Shown one piece after another: positions 36,964 to 46,229 of a stretch of 64,000 bases of DNA. A model generated the notes under the pieces. It was not told the DNA's origin and searched no databases. It saw only the letters and a program-made list of their open reading frames with translations. Made by a program: the position numbers and the translations under genes. How positions within the stretch are numbered: the first letter of the stretch is position 1; each line of letters starts with the position of its first letter. Source of the stretch: an uncultured Methanosarcinales archaeon (lineage in GTDB: Archaea > Nanobdellota > Nanobdellia > Woesearchaeales > DATDXC01); assembly GCA_964510025.1 (NCBI GenBank), contig CAZDZV010000006.1, forward strand, positions 11,143-75,142. The letters run 5' to 3'.

Positions 36964-38053
36964 TAAATTAAGAGTTCTCTTGATAGGCAATTATGCTGCC
37001 AATAATCAAAAAAGCATGCAAAGATTTGCCACTATGATGAAAAAAGGGCTGGAAAAAAGAGGGCATTATGCTATTTTAGCTATACCTACAGCGATTTTTG
37101 GAAAATTTTTTGCAGATACCAATAAGGGGCTCGGTAAATGGCTAGCATATATTGATAAGTTTATTGTTTATCCCTTCTATTTGATCAGACAAGCGAAAAA
37201 ATTCGACCTTGTGCATATTTGCGACCATGGTAATTCCATCTACTCGTTATTTACCGGAAGAACGCCGTGTGTGGTTACCTGCCACGACACAATGGCTATC
37301 AGATGCGCTTTAGGAAAGATAAAAGAAAATAAGCTTCATTTAACTGGAAGAATATTCCAGAAGCTGATAGCCTTCGGCATAAAAAAATCTGACTATGTCG
37401 TATGCATATCAAAAAAAACCAAATCGGATCTGCTAAAAATACTACGTATAGACAGGATTAGCTTGGTTTATAATGGACAGGTGTTTAAGCCGATGCCAAA
37501 AAAAGTATCAAAAAGATATCTCAGGAAGCTTAAAGTCAATATCCCTTACTTTCTGCATGTAGGCAATAACAATTGGTATAAGAACCGGATCGGCGTTTTA
37601 AAGATATTTAGCGATCTAGAACTGCCAGGTTACGGCTTGGTGATGGTGGGCGCTTCTTTTTCAAGGGGCATGAAGGATTTTGTAGCTAAACATAATTTAC
37701 CTGTAAGAGAAATCACATCAGCTGACGATAATGAGCTGGGGGCATTGTATTCTAATGCTGAAGCGCTGATATTTCCGTCTCTGGAAGAAGGTTTTGGTTG
37801 GCCTATAATTGAGGCCCAGGCATGCGGATGTCCTGTCTTCACCACTGACAGAAATCCGATGAAAGAGGTTGCAGGAGATGGCGCTATATATTTTCAGAAT
37901 CCCGAGAGCCACAGACAATGTGCGGATATTATTATCAATAATTTGGCGAAAGCAAGGAATAAAATAAAAAAAGGTTTAGAAAACGCTGCAAGTTTCAAAC
38001 CGAGTTACATGATAGATGGTTATATCAAAATCTACAAGTCATTGAAAAAATGA
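36956..38053 (+). CDS. GT4 glycosyltransferase
   Basis: I prefer TTG 36956, giving MNNKLRVLLIGNY with an 8-nt overlap on the ABC stop, over TTG 36884, which has an 80-nt overlap. LIFPSLEEGFGWPIIEAQACGCPVFTTDRNP. Confidence 0.8.
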   Translation: MNNKLRVLLIGNYAANNQKSMQRFATMMKKGLEKRGHYAILAIPTAIFGKFFADTNKGLGKWLAYIDKFIVYPFYLIRQAKKFDLVHICDHGNSIYSLFTGRTPCVVTCHDTMAIRCALGKIKENKLHLTGRIFQKLIAFGIKKSDYVVCISKKTKSDLLKILRIDRISLVYNGQVFKPMPKKVSKRYLRKLKVNIPYFLHVGNNNWYKNRIGVLKIFSDLELPGYGLVMVGASFSRGMKDFVAKHNLPVREITSADDNELGALYSNAEALIFPSLEEGFGWPIIEAQACGCPVFTTDRNPMKEVAGDGAIYFQNPESHRQCADIIINNLAKARNKIKKGLENAASFKPSYMIDGYIKIYKSLKK

Positions 38054-38170
38054 GGATTCTTTACATTGTCTAAATGAAGGATATAATAGCTCAAGCTACA
38101 ACAAGATGAAACTAAGTACGATACAAATTAAAGAAAGGATTGTAGGTTTGTTCAGTTTAGTAGGAACAAG

Positions 38171-38935
38171 ATGTTAATCAACATGCTAAAAAAGAGTGAA
38201 TATGTGCGAAAAAAATACCATGGCATAAAAGATTTTTTTTATGGCCTTAAATACTTTTCAGGAACTAAAAAAGGTCTAAAATACTTTATAGTTGTATGTC
38301 AAGCAAGGACAGGCAGTACATTATTGATGGACTTATTAGGTTCACACCCGAATATTAAAGTAGACCATCACAGCTTTTTTAAGATAGATAATTTGAAGCA
38401 TAAAATAACCCAGCAAAAAGCAAATACGCGTAAATTCTGCAGGGGATTCAAGTTTAGGTTGTACGATGATGGAAAGGAATATGATTTTAGCAAAATGTAT
38501 CAATTCTTTTGCTCTCTGGATAATGCAGATATTAAGATGATCCACCTAATCAGAAAAAACCAGCTAAGACAGTCCCTTTCCGCAGAAGTGGTAGACTATT
38601 ACAAGAAAATTGGATTGACAAGGCTTCATTCAAAAGATAAGAATCCTGAGATACCGAAAATAAAGGTAGATATCCAAAAGACGCTAAATCGGATTAATTA
38701 TTCAAGAAAGTTGCTAAAGGCAGAGAATGATCTGCTCAAGCATTTCCGCCATCATACAGTTAATTATGAAAAAGATCTTTTGCATTCAACCGACCATCAA
38801 AAAACATCAGACAAGATATTTGCATTTTTGGGCCTCCCCTCTGCTAAGGTCAGTTCAGATTATCGAAAGACAAGTATTGACAACCCATCAGAATATATTG
38901 ATAATTTTAATCAATTGAGGTTGCACTACGAATGA
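38171..38935 (+). CDS. sulfotransferase-family protein (Stf0-like P-loop; 3 of 3)
   Basis: 254 aa. YFIVVCQARTGSTLLMDLLGSHPNI. Preceded by the largest gap of the block (117 nt). Confidence 0.6.
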   Translation: MLINMLKKSEYVRKKYHGIKDFFYGLKYFSGTKKGLKYFIVVCQARTGSTLLMDLLGSHPNIKVDHHSFFKIDNLKHKITQQKANTRKFCRGFKFRLYDDGKEYDFSKMYQFFCSLDNADIKMIHLIRKNQLRQSLSAEVVDYYKKIGLTRLHSKDKNPEIPKIKVDIQKTLNRINYSRKLLKAENDLLKHFRHHTVNYEKDLLHSTDHQKTSDKIFAFLGLPSAKVSSDYRKTSIDNPSEYIDNFNQLRLHYE

Positions 38936-40059
38936 AAGTCCTGGAAGTGATATCATCACTGAATCCTAGAACAGGCGGCACTGCTGAATCCCTAAAGCAA
39001 CTGGAAAAGATACTGTCCAGCAAGCATACTATAGAAATACTCTGTCTTGATAAACCAAAATCTCCATGGCTAAGGGATTTCAAAAGCAAGATATATGCCT
39101 TGGGTCCAGCAATCACCAGATATGCATTTTCTAAAAGGCTTCTAGGTTGGCTAAGAAAGAATGCAGTCAGCTATGATTGCATTATAGTCAATGGCATATG
39201 GCAATATGTGGGTTTTGCTGTATGGCTCATCCTAAAAAATTCCGAAACACCGTATTTTATCTATGCACATGGAATGCTGGATCCTTGGTTTAAAAAAAAC
39301 TATCTTATCAAGCATTTAAAGAAGTCAATTTATTGGCCTATCCAATACAGAATACTAAAAGACGCAGAAGCGGTTGTTTTTAACTGCAAGGAAGAAGCCC
39401 GGTTAGCCTCAAAATCATTCTGGCCAAATAGATGGAATTCAAAAATAATTAGTCATGGCATCTTTAAGCCGCCTGTCAACAAATCTCATCTTGTTGCCGG
39501 CTTTTTGGACAGATACAAAATACCTAGAAACCAGAATTTAATCCTCTTTTTGGGACGCATACACGAAAAAAAAGGCATTGATAACCTGGTGAAATCATTC
39601 GCAGAACTTAGCTCCGATTACCGCTTAATCATTGCCGGTCCTGAGTCAGCCTACGGCAATAGGATGAAAAGGCTTGCAAAAAAACTCGGTATCAGCCACA
39701 AAATTACATGGACAGGGATGCTCGAAAACGACCTAAAATGGGGTGCTTTCTATGCATCAGATGCATTTATTCTTCCTTCTCATCAAGAAAACTTTGGGAT
39801 TGCAGTAGTAGAAGCTTTGGCATGTGGATTGCCTGTCTTGATTTCAGATAAGGTGAATATATGGAAGAAGATTTATGATTTCAGTGCGGGTTTTGTTGAG
39901 AATGATAGCCTTGAAGGAACTTCAAAATTGTTGAAAAGATGGCATCTAGCTAGTGAAGAGAAAAAGAAAAAGATGGCTAAGTCAGCGAAAATTTGTTTTG
40001 AGTCTAACTTTGATATAAACAAGAATATCAGCCAGTTGATTAGGCTTGTCAGTAAATGA
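38932..40059 (+). CDS. GT4 glycosyltransferase
   Basis: MKVLEVISSLNPRTGG ... FILPSHQENFGIAVVEALACGLPVLISDKVN. Confidence 0.85.
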   Translation: MKVLEVISSLNPRTGGTAESLKQLEKILSSKHTIEILCLDKPKSPWLRDFKSKIYALGPAITRYAFSKRLLGWLRKNAVSYDCIIVNGIWQYVGFAVWLILKNSETPYFIYAHGMLDPWFKKNYLIKHLKKSIYWPIQYRILKDAEAVVFNCKEEARLASKSFWPNRWNSKIISHGIFKPPVNKSHLVAGFLDRYKIPRNQNLILFLGRIHEKKGIDNLVKSFAELSSDYRLIIAGPESAYGNRMKRLAKKLGISHKITWTGMLENDLKWGAFYASDAFILPSHQENFGIAVVEALACGLPVLISDKVNIWKKIYDFSAGFVENDSLEGTSKLLKRWHLASEEKKKKMAKSAKICFESNFDINKNISQLIRLVSK

Positions 40060-41021
40060 ATGTGAAAAAAGACATCTCAATAGTCATCCCGACATATAAC
40101 GGCTCAAGGTACCTGCCCGAAGTGTTAAACGCTTTGAGGAATCAGGAAGGCCTAAAGGAGATATCCTGGGAGGTTATTGTCGTAGATAATAACAGCACAG
40201 ACACTACGCCGAAGATCGTCGAAGAATTTCAGAAAAAATGGGATATGGACAATAAATTAAGGTATCTTGTTGAAAAAAGACAAGGCGCAGCGTATGCGAG
40301 GGAAACTGGTGTAAGAAATGCAAAAAGCAAGATTATTGGGTTTCTTGATGATGATAATATTCCTGAGAAGAACTGGATCCTGGAAGCTTATAGATTTGGG
40401 TCTGAACATCATGAAGCAGGAGCATGGGGGAGTAGGATCAAAGCAAGATATGAAAAAATGCCGCCTGAAAATTTCGATAGCATAAAGATGTATTTTGCGA
40501 TTATGGAAAAAGGGGAAAATGCTTATTGTTCTGAAGCTAAAAAATTTGTCTTGCCCCCTAGTGCTGGTCTTGTGGTAAGAAAAGATATATGGCCCGCATC
40601 ACCTTTATTGCTAACTGGAAGAACAAAGGAAACATGGCTAGCTGGTGAAGATATAGAGCTATTAGTTAGAATACAGAATAAAGGCTATGGAATATGGTAC
40701 AATCCAAGGATGGAAATTACACATATAATACCTGCTGCAAGGCTTGAGCCAGAATATGCCATTAACTTGATGAAAGGGATTGGATTATGCAAATACATAA
40801 CCAGGATGTTGAGACAATATGTATTGGCTAGACCTGTGGCCATAGTGGGATATTGTATTTCAGATTTTTTAAAGATGATGAAATTTATGCTCAGGTTCCG
40901 AGCCAAAATAATAAAAGATGCTCTGCTGAAGGCTGAATTTTTTTTATATCTGTACAGTTTTTATAGCCCTTTTTATTTTTTATTTAGATACCCAAAAAAG
41001 TTTTTTCTGATAGGAAAATGA
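40056..41021 (+). CDS. GT2 glycosyltransferase
   Basis: ISIVIPTYNGSRYLPEVLNALRNQ...WEVIVVDNNSTDTT...FLDDDNIP. Confidence 0.85.
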   Translation: MNVKKDISIVIPTYNGSRYLPEVLNALRNQEGLKEISWEVIVVDNNSTDTTPKIVEEFQKKWDMDNKLRYLVEKRQGAAYARETGVRNAKSKIIGFLDDDNIPEKNWILEAYRFGSEHHEAGAWGSRIKARYEKMPPENFDSIKMYFAIMEKGENAYCSEAKKFVLPPSAGLVVRKDIWPASPLLLTGRTKETWLAGEDIELLVRIQNKGYGIWYNPRMEITHIIPAARLEPEYAINLMKGIGLCKYITRMLRQYVLARPVAIVGYCISDFLKMMKFMLRFRAKIIKDALLKAEFFLYLYSFYSPFYFLFRYPKKFFLIGK

Positions 41022-41833
41022 CAAAAATTAAAGATGCTGTTGATAAAGCATATATCATTTGTCATAGCTCATCCACTGAAGAATTATCCAAGAGTTTAAC
41101 AAAGAACAATTTAGATGTAGAAGAATTAAGACAAAAACCTAAAAAAAGTTGGAATAAATATTCAAACATATACAAATGCTTGCTTAATCACGAAAGGGCA
41201 TGGAAAAAAGCACTGAACAATGAATTTACATTGATAGTTGAAGAGGATTTTGTACCTGTTAGTAATTTTGGAGACTTTTCTTTACCATTTGATCCAAAAA
41301 AGGATTTTGGAATCTGCTGGATTTATTACTGCGGACCAAGGATTTATAGTGCTTCAGACACAGGCTATATAGAAGGTGGTGCAACTTCCCTAGTTGCATA
41401 TATAATAAACAAAAAAAGCGCAGCGCTTCTAATCGAATTTGCCAAAAAAATGAAAAAAACTATGAAGGGAAAGTATTATCCATTTGATTCAGATATAGAC
41501 GGTTATTTTATAAAGAAAGGATTGAAAAACTATATCGCTTTCAGAAACTATGGCGAGCATGGCGGGCTTCCGAATCCTGAACACAGGCAGAATAAAACAG
41601 GAAACCAAGGTATACACAGGGCTGATGTGTTGGCCGGAAAACTTGATTTTATGCCCCTTTATTCCAAGCACAATATCATTATATATATCGTTGTAAGGAT
41701 AAAGGCAAGAATCAAGGGACTAGTACGTTTATTCAGCGGAAGATATTTAAGGCCAAAGATCTTCTGCTCATCAAGCTTTCCGTTGAGGCTTTTGAAGTGT
41801 GCGATTAAAAGGCATTTGACATGGAACCTATGA
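41018..41833 (+). CDS. GT25-like glycosyltransferase
   Basis: AYIICHSSSTEE ... CLLNHERAWKKALNNEFTLIVEEDFVP resembles the LPS/LOS GT25 pattern (C.LSH..W...liLEDD). Confidence 0.45.
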   Translation: MTKIKDAVDKAYIICHSSSTEELSKSLTKNNLDVEELRQKPKKSWNKYSNIYKCLLNHERAWKKALNNEFTLIVEEDFVPVSNFGDFSLPFDPKKDFGICWIYYCGPRIYSASDTGYIEGGATSLVAYIINKKSAALLIEFAKKMKKTMKGKYYPFDSDIDGYFIKKGLKNYIAFRNYGEHGGLPNPEHRQNKTGNQGIHRADVLAGKLDFMPLYSKHNIIIYIVVRIKARIKGLVRLFSGRYLRPKIFCSSSFPLRLLKCAIKRHLTWNL

Positions 41834-42384
41834 AAGACTTGCTTAAAGGGACAGTTGCATCTGCCGGCCCAAGTTTTAGCTTGAGCAACAGGTTTAGAAG
41901 AGCTGTCTGGAATCTGGTATATCATGTTATGTTCAGGTTATCTCCGGTGTTTTTTCATGAGTGGCGCTCTATCCTGCTAAGGCTGTTCGGGGCAGAAATC
42001 GGCAAAGGCTGCCACATATACCCAAGAGCAGCAATATGGGCCCCGTGGAACCTTAAAACAGGTGATTTTGTAGGCATAGCCGATGATGTGAAGCTTTATA
42101 ACCAGGCAGAGATAGTCATAGGTGACCTCACAGTAATCTCACAAGGGTCCCATATATGTACCGGCACACATGATTATCAGAAAAAGGCGTTTCCGGTCAT
42201 CATCAAGCCAGTTACCATAGGAAAAAGGGCCTGGATATGCGCTGATGCATTCATACATCCGGGAGTCAGCATCGGCGAAGGGGCAGTTGTCGGAGCTAGA
42301 TCTGTTGTGACTAGAGATATTAAGAAATGGACAGTCTGCGCTGGAAATCCGTGCACTGAGATTAGGAAAAGAAATGTTATATAA
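41821..42384 (+). CDS. hexapeptide-repeat O-acetyltransferase (WcaF-like)
   Basis: ILLRLFGAEIGKGCHIYPRAAIWAPWNLKTGDFVGIADDVKLYN...IGDLTVISQGSHICTGTHDY...GARSVV. An alternative start is ATG 41830 in an ATGA overlap. Confidence 0.8.
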   Translation: MEPMKDLLKGTVASAGPSFSLSNRFRRAVWNLVYHVMFRLSPVFFHEWRSILLRLFGAEIGKGCHIYPRAAIWAPWNLKTGDFVGIADDVKLYNQAEIVIGDLTVISQGSHICTGTHDYQKKAFPVIIKPVTIGKRAWICADAFIHPGVSIGEGAVVGARSVVTRDIKKWTVCAGNPCTEIRKRNVI

Positions 42385-43222
42385 TCTTACTATAGTCATT
42401 CTCACATTCAATTCAGCAAGAACAATCAACGAAGTTGTTTCTTCATGCAGGCATTTGTCTGAAAAAATACTGGTTGTGGACTCATACAGCAAGGATGACA
42501 CTGTTAAGATTGCAAGGTCTCTCGGATGCAAAGTCCTGCAGCATACGTTCAAGGATTACTCGACGCAAAGGAACTGGGCGCAGCAGAAAGTAAGAACTCA
42601 ATGGGTTCTGCATCTCGATAGTGATGAGATAATCTCCAAGAAACTGGCTGACAGCATCCAGGCAGCTTTCTCAAAAAAATCAGATAATGACGGCTATCTT
42701 ATGAAAAGGCTTACTTATTTTATGGGCAAGCCAATCAGATTTGGCCACATGAACCCAAACTGGCACCTGAGGCTTTTTAAGGTCAAGACCGGATATTGTG
42801 AGGACAGGTTGTATGACCAGCATTTTATCGCAAAAGGCAATCTCGCAAGATTGGACGGCTACATATTGGATGTTCCCAAAAAATCTGTAGAAGAATGGAT
42901 AGATAATCATAATCGATGGTCGACAGCAGAAGCAGAGGAGCTCTTGTCTGGAAATTCTTTATGCAAGAGCCTGCCTGGGAAACTTAACAAGGATCCCAGA
43001 ATAAGGAAAAGGCTGATAAAGAATAATGTGTATTACAGGCTACCGCCGCTTGTCAGGCCTTTTATCTTCTTTGGTTACAGCTACATCGTGCGGCTGGGCT
43101 TTTTAGATGGACGGGCGGGATTTATATACAGCATACTCCAGTCTTTCTGGTTCCGGTTCCTGGTGGATGTGAAAATTCTAGAAAGGAAAATCTTTATAAA
43201 ATACGCTAGATTCAGGAGATAA
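42374..43222 (+). CDS. GT2 glycosyltransferase
   Basis: LTIVILTFNSARTINEVVSSCRHLSEKILVVDSYSKDDT ... HLDSDEII. Confidence 0.8.
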   Translation: MLYNLTIVILTFNSARTINEVVSSCRHLSEKILVVDSYSKDDTVKIARSLGCKVLQHTFKDYSTQRNWAQQKVRTQWVLHLDSDEIISKKLADSIQAAFSKKSDNDGYLMKRLTYFMGKPIRFGHMNPNWHLRLFKVKTGYCEDRLYDQHFIAKGNLARLDGYILDVPKKSVEEWIDNHNRWSTAEAEELLSGNSLCKSLPGKLNKDPRIRKRLIKNNVYYRLPPLVRPFIFFGYSYIVRLGFLDGRAGFIYSILQSFWFRFLVDVKILERKIFIKYARFRR

Positions 43223-43223
43223 G

Positions 43224-44444
43224 ATGAAGTTAGTGGATGATAAAGGGAAAGTCTTGGGAAGGATAAACATATTTGATCTGATGATAGTCATACTGGTTTT
43301 TTTGCTTCTGTTGCAGGGGACTATCCATATAGCTAGGAACTGGACACTTTCCGAGCCTGAACAGGTTCTTGTTAAGATAAAAGGTGAGCTCTGCAATGTT
43401 GATTCCAGCCTGAAAACAAGAGATTGTGGCTCTTCATTGCCAGAATATTTTTACGACAATATCTACATCGGACAGGCTATGAGAAGCAAGGGCGAAATTA
43501 TAGCCAAGGTTGATAAGATAGAAGCCATAGGTGAAACAGAAGCCAAAAAGATTGTTCTCACGCTTGAGGTCAGGGCACAGCTTCAGGACAATGAGCTTAC
43601 CTTTCTGGGCCAAGAGCTGAAGATCAACAGAAGATTTGTATTCGCTACGCCGACGATTAATTTTGGGGTGAATGTCATATATCTTGACAGCAATATCATT
43701 GAGCAGGCAGCCGAGACCATAACCGATGCAACTGCAAACCGGCAAACCAGGATATATGATGGCTGGGATTCTGTCATAGGGGAGTTGTGCACTTTGGATG
43801 AGGCAGATCACGCAAAAGAATGTGGAATAGATATTCCGGACTGGTTTGTCAATCGTATCGAAAATCTGGGGACTATTGAAGATAAGAATGCGATTATCAA
43901 GGTTCAGGAGATAAGGCAGATGATGGTAGACCAGATGACAACTGTCATCATCCTTAACTTAACCACCTATGACAATGAAGCCAAAGAAAAGATGTTTCAG
44001 GGGGTACCTTTGAAGATAAACAATAGGCTGGTTGTAAAAAGTCCCCAAATTAATTTTGGGGTAAAGATATTGAATATCGGGACTGGGCTTCCTGAAGAAT
44101 CCAGGCTTCACGAAAAAACAATAATACTGAAAATAGAAAATCTGGAGCCGGAAATATTCAACAGTATACAGGAAGGCATGACAGAGAAAAACAACAACAA
44201 TGAAGTTATAGCTGAGATAGTTGGCAAGACAGTCCAGCCCCACATTTTGCTGTTGACTACAGAAGATGGCCAGCTGCTGACAGAAGAGCATCCGATAAAC
44301 AAGGATATCACCCTGGAGACCCTTATAAAAGCATCGAAATCCAGGGATTACTATTATAACGGGCAGCTCGTTAAGATCGGAAATCCCCTCACAGTAAAGA
44401 CCGATATTATGGATTTAAATGGAGAGATAATAGCGATATCTTGA
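43224..44444 (+). CDS. DUF4330-like membrane-anchored protein with internal duplication
   Basis: N-terminal MKLVDDKGKVLGRINIFDLMIVILVFLLL is DUF4330-type. Repeated ELKINRRFVFATPTINFGVNVIYLD / PLKINNRLVVKSPQINFGVKILNIG. Confidence 0.55.
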   Translation: MKLVDDKGKVLGRINIFDLMIVILVFLLLLQGTIHIARNWTLSEPEQVLVKIKGELCNVDSSLKTRDCGSSLPEYFYDNIYIGQAMRSKGEIIAKVDKIEAIGETEAKKIVLTLEVRAQLQDNELTFLGQELKINRRFVFATPTINFGVNVIYLDSNIIEQAAETITDATANRQTRIYDGWDSVIGELCTLDEADHAKECGIDIPDWFVNRIENLGTIEDKNAIIKVQEIRQMMVDQMTTVIILNLTTYDNEAKEKMFQGVPLKINNRLVVKSPQINFGVKILNIGTGLPEESRLHEKTIILKIENLEPEIFNSIQEGMTEKNNNNEVIAEIVGKTVQPHILLLTTEDGQLLTEEHPINKDITLETLIKASKSRDYYYNGQLVKIGNPLTVKTDIMDLNGEIIAIS

Positions 44445-45595
44445 TTGAAGTGAATATTCTTACAAGGGATTTCTTCCCAGACTACAGTGCGGTGGCTAAA
44501 AAGATGACCGGGCTAGCAGAGGATCTTACAGCTGCCGGCATAGACGTTCAGGTATACACAGCTAATCCGCAGTATTACTGCAGAGAAAAGCCTGAAAAGC
44601 GCAGAAATATCAGAAGGGTTTTATGCACCTCGTTCGATAAGGATAATCTCTTATTGAGGGCCATTAATGAGGTTAGCTTTGGAATATCAATATTTGCTAT
44701 CTTGCTTTTTTCGAAAAAAAAGATGAATATAATCCCCTCTCTTCCATTTTCGCTTCAGCTCTCTGCTCTCCTTTTAAGGAAAATAAGAAACCAGGATTAC
44801 ATCATAATAAACTATGAGATTATGCCCGAACTTATGTGTTCCTCCGGTCTAATGTCATATGATGGCCCCTTCTTCCGGATGCTCAACAAGATAGCCAAGA
44901 AAGTGCTTGATAACGCCAGGTGCATTATTACTTTAACTGCATCTATGAGCAAAAAGCTGGAAAGCAAGGTCAGAAAAAAGATAGTGACTATCCCGAATTG
45001 GACTGACACAGATGTCTATTACCCCATCAAAAGAAAAGAAAACGAATTCTTGAGAAGAAACAAGCTTTCAGATAGCTTCGTTGTATCATACTCAGGTAAT
45101 TTCGGCAGGTACATGGATTTTGATACTGTACTTAAGGCTGCGGAGCTTTTGCCCCAGATAAGATTTCTTTTTATAGGTAATGGGGCGCAAAAGGGCAGAA
45201 TAACCAAGGCAGACAATATTTTTTATCATGATTATCTGCCAAACTCAAGGATCAATGAATCTCTGAATTCCGGAAATATAGCATTGGTGCTTACAAACCA
45301 GAAAGATGACGATTATGTTATGCCGAGCAAGATCCTTGACCTGATGGCTGCTGGAAGGCCAATAGTTGCTGTATCAAGAAATTCGGAGATTAAAAAGATA
45401 ATTGCCAGGTCAAGGAACGGGTTTGTTGTAAATCCTGGAGAACCAGATAGCCTAAAAAGAGCTATTCTGGCCCTGAAGAACGACAAAAAATTGCAGAAAG
45501 AAATGGGCAAAAACTCAAGGGATTATGCTGCTAGACATTTTTCCAGAAAGAAGATTACCGGGCAGTATGTTGAACTGCTGAAGAAAAATTTATAA
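44441..45595 (+). CDS. GT4 glycosyltransferase (WcaI-like)
   Basis: 384 aa. TTG start in a TTGA overlap. YVMPSKILDLMAAGRPIVAVSRNSE. Confidence 0.6.
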   Translation: MIEVNILTRDFFPDYSAVAKKMTGLAEDLTAAGIDVQVYTANPQYYCREKPEKRRNIRRVLCTSFDKDNLLLRAINEVSFGISIFAILLFSKKKMNIIPSLPFSLQLSALLLRKIRNQDYIIINYEIMPELMCSSGLMSYDGPFFRMLNKIAKKVLDNARCIITLTASMSKKLESKVRKKIVTIPNWTDTDVYYPIKRKENEFLRRNKLSDSFVVSYSGNFGRYMDFDTVLKAAELLPQIRFLFIGNGAQKGRITKADNIFYHDYLPNSRINESLNSGNIALVLTNQKDDDYVMPSKILDLMAAGRPIVAVSRNSEIKKIIARSRNGFVVNPGEPDSLKRAILALKNDKKLQKEMGKNSRDYAARHFSRKKITGQYVELLKKNL

Positions 45596-45617
45596 ACTAC
45601 CTGCCTAGGCGAAGATT

Positions 45618-46229
45618 ATGGGCATTCTGAAAAGGGTTTTGGATTTTGGGATAGCTGCCATAGCTTTAGCTGTTTCTCTGCCGGTCTTCATCACAATTTC
45701 GGCCCTTATAGTGGCAGATTCAGGCTTCCCTGTTTTTTTTAGTCAGCGGAGGGTAGGCCATAGGCAGAAAAAATTTACCCTGTATAAATTTCGCACAATG
45801 GTTAAAGATGCCGAAAAGATCAAGCACAGGTACAAGAAGCTTGATTATACTGACGGGCCTGTTTTTAAGATTAGAAAAGATCCAAGATACACAAAAATAG
45901 GGCTTTTCCTTGCAAAGACGAGCTTGGATGAGCTACCTCAGCTTTTCAACGTCCTGAAAGGTGACATGTTCATTGTTGGGTTTAGGCCGCCTACACCTGA
46001 AGAGGTAAAAGAGTATAAAGAATGGCAGCTTGAGCGTTTTAAGGGCTATCCTGGGATTACATCTCTTTGGGCCATATCGGGGATGCACAATATAAGGTTT
46101 GATGACTGGATAAAGATGGATATAAAATACAGCAAAAAAGCCAATTTTTTTCTGGATATGAAAATAGTTGCAAAAACAGTCACAAAAATCATAGAAAACA
46201 TATATGCTTCACTTAAACACGGTCTGTAG
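45618..46229 (+). CDS. monotopic phosphoglycosyl transferase (Bac_transf; PglC / WbaP C-terminal type)
   Basis: 203 aa. Re-entrant helix LDFGIAAIALAVSLPVFITISALIV. RVGHRQKKFTLYKFRTM, GPVFKIRKDPRYTKIG, DELPQLFNVLKGDMFIVGFRP. Confidence 0.85.
   Translation: MGILKRVLDFGIAAIALAVSLPVFITISALIVADSGFPVFFSQRRVGHRQKKFTLYKFRTMVKDAEKIKHRYKKLDYTDGPVFKIRKDPRYTKIGLFLAKTSLDELPQLFNVLKGDMFIVGFRPPTPEEVKEYKEWQLERFKGYPGITSLWAISGMHNIRFDDWIKMDIKYSKKANFFLDMKIVAKTVTKIIENIYASLKHGL

Noticed and set aside
38054-38170. An 18-codon frame (MKLSTIQIKERIVGLFSL) in the largest gap of the glycan block.
   Set aside because: It is too short, has no motif and has no SD-like sequence. The gap is more plausibly an internal promoter or processing region.
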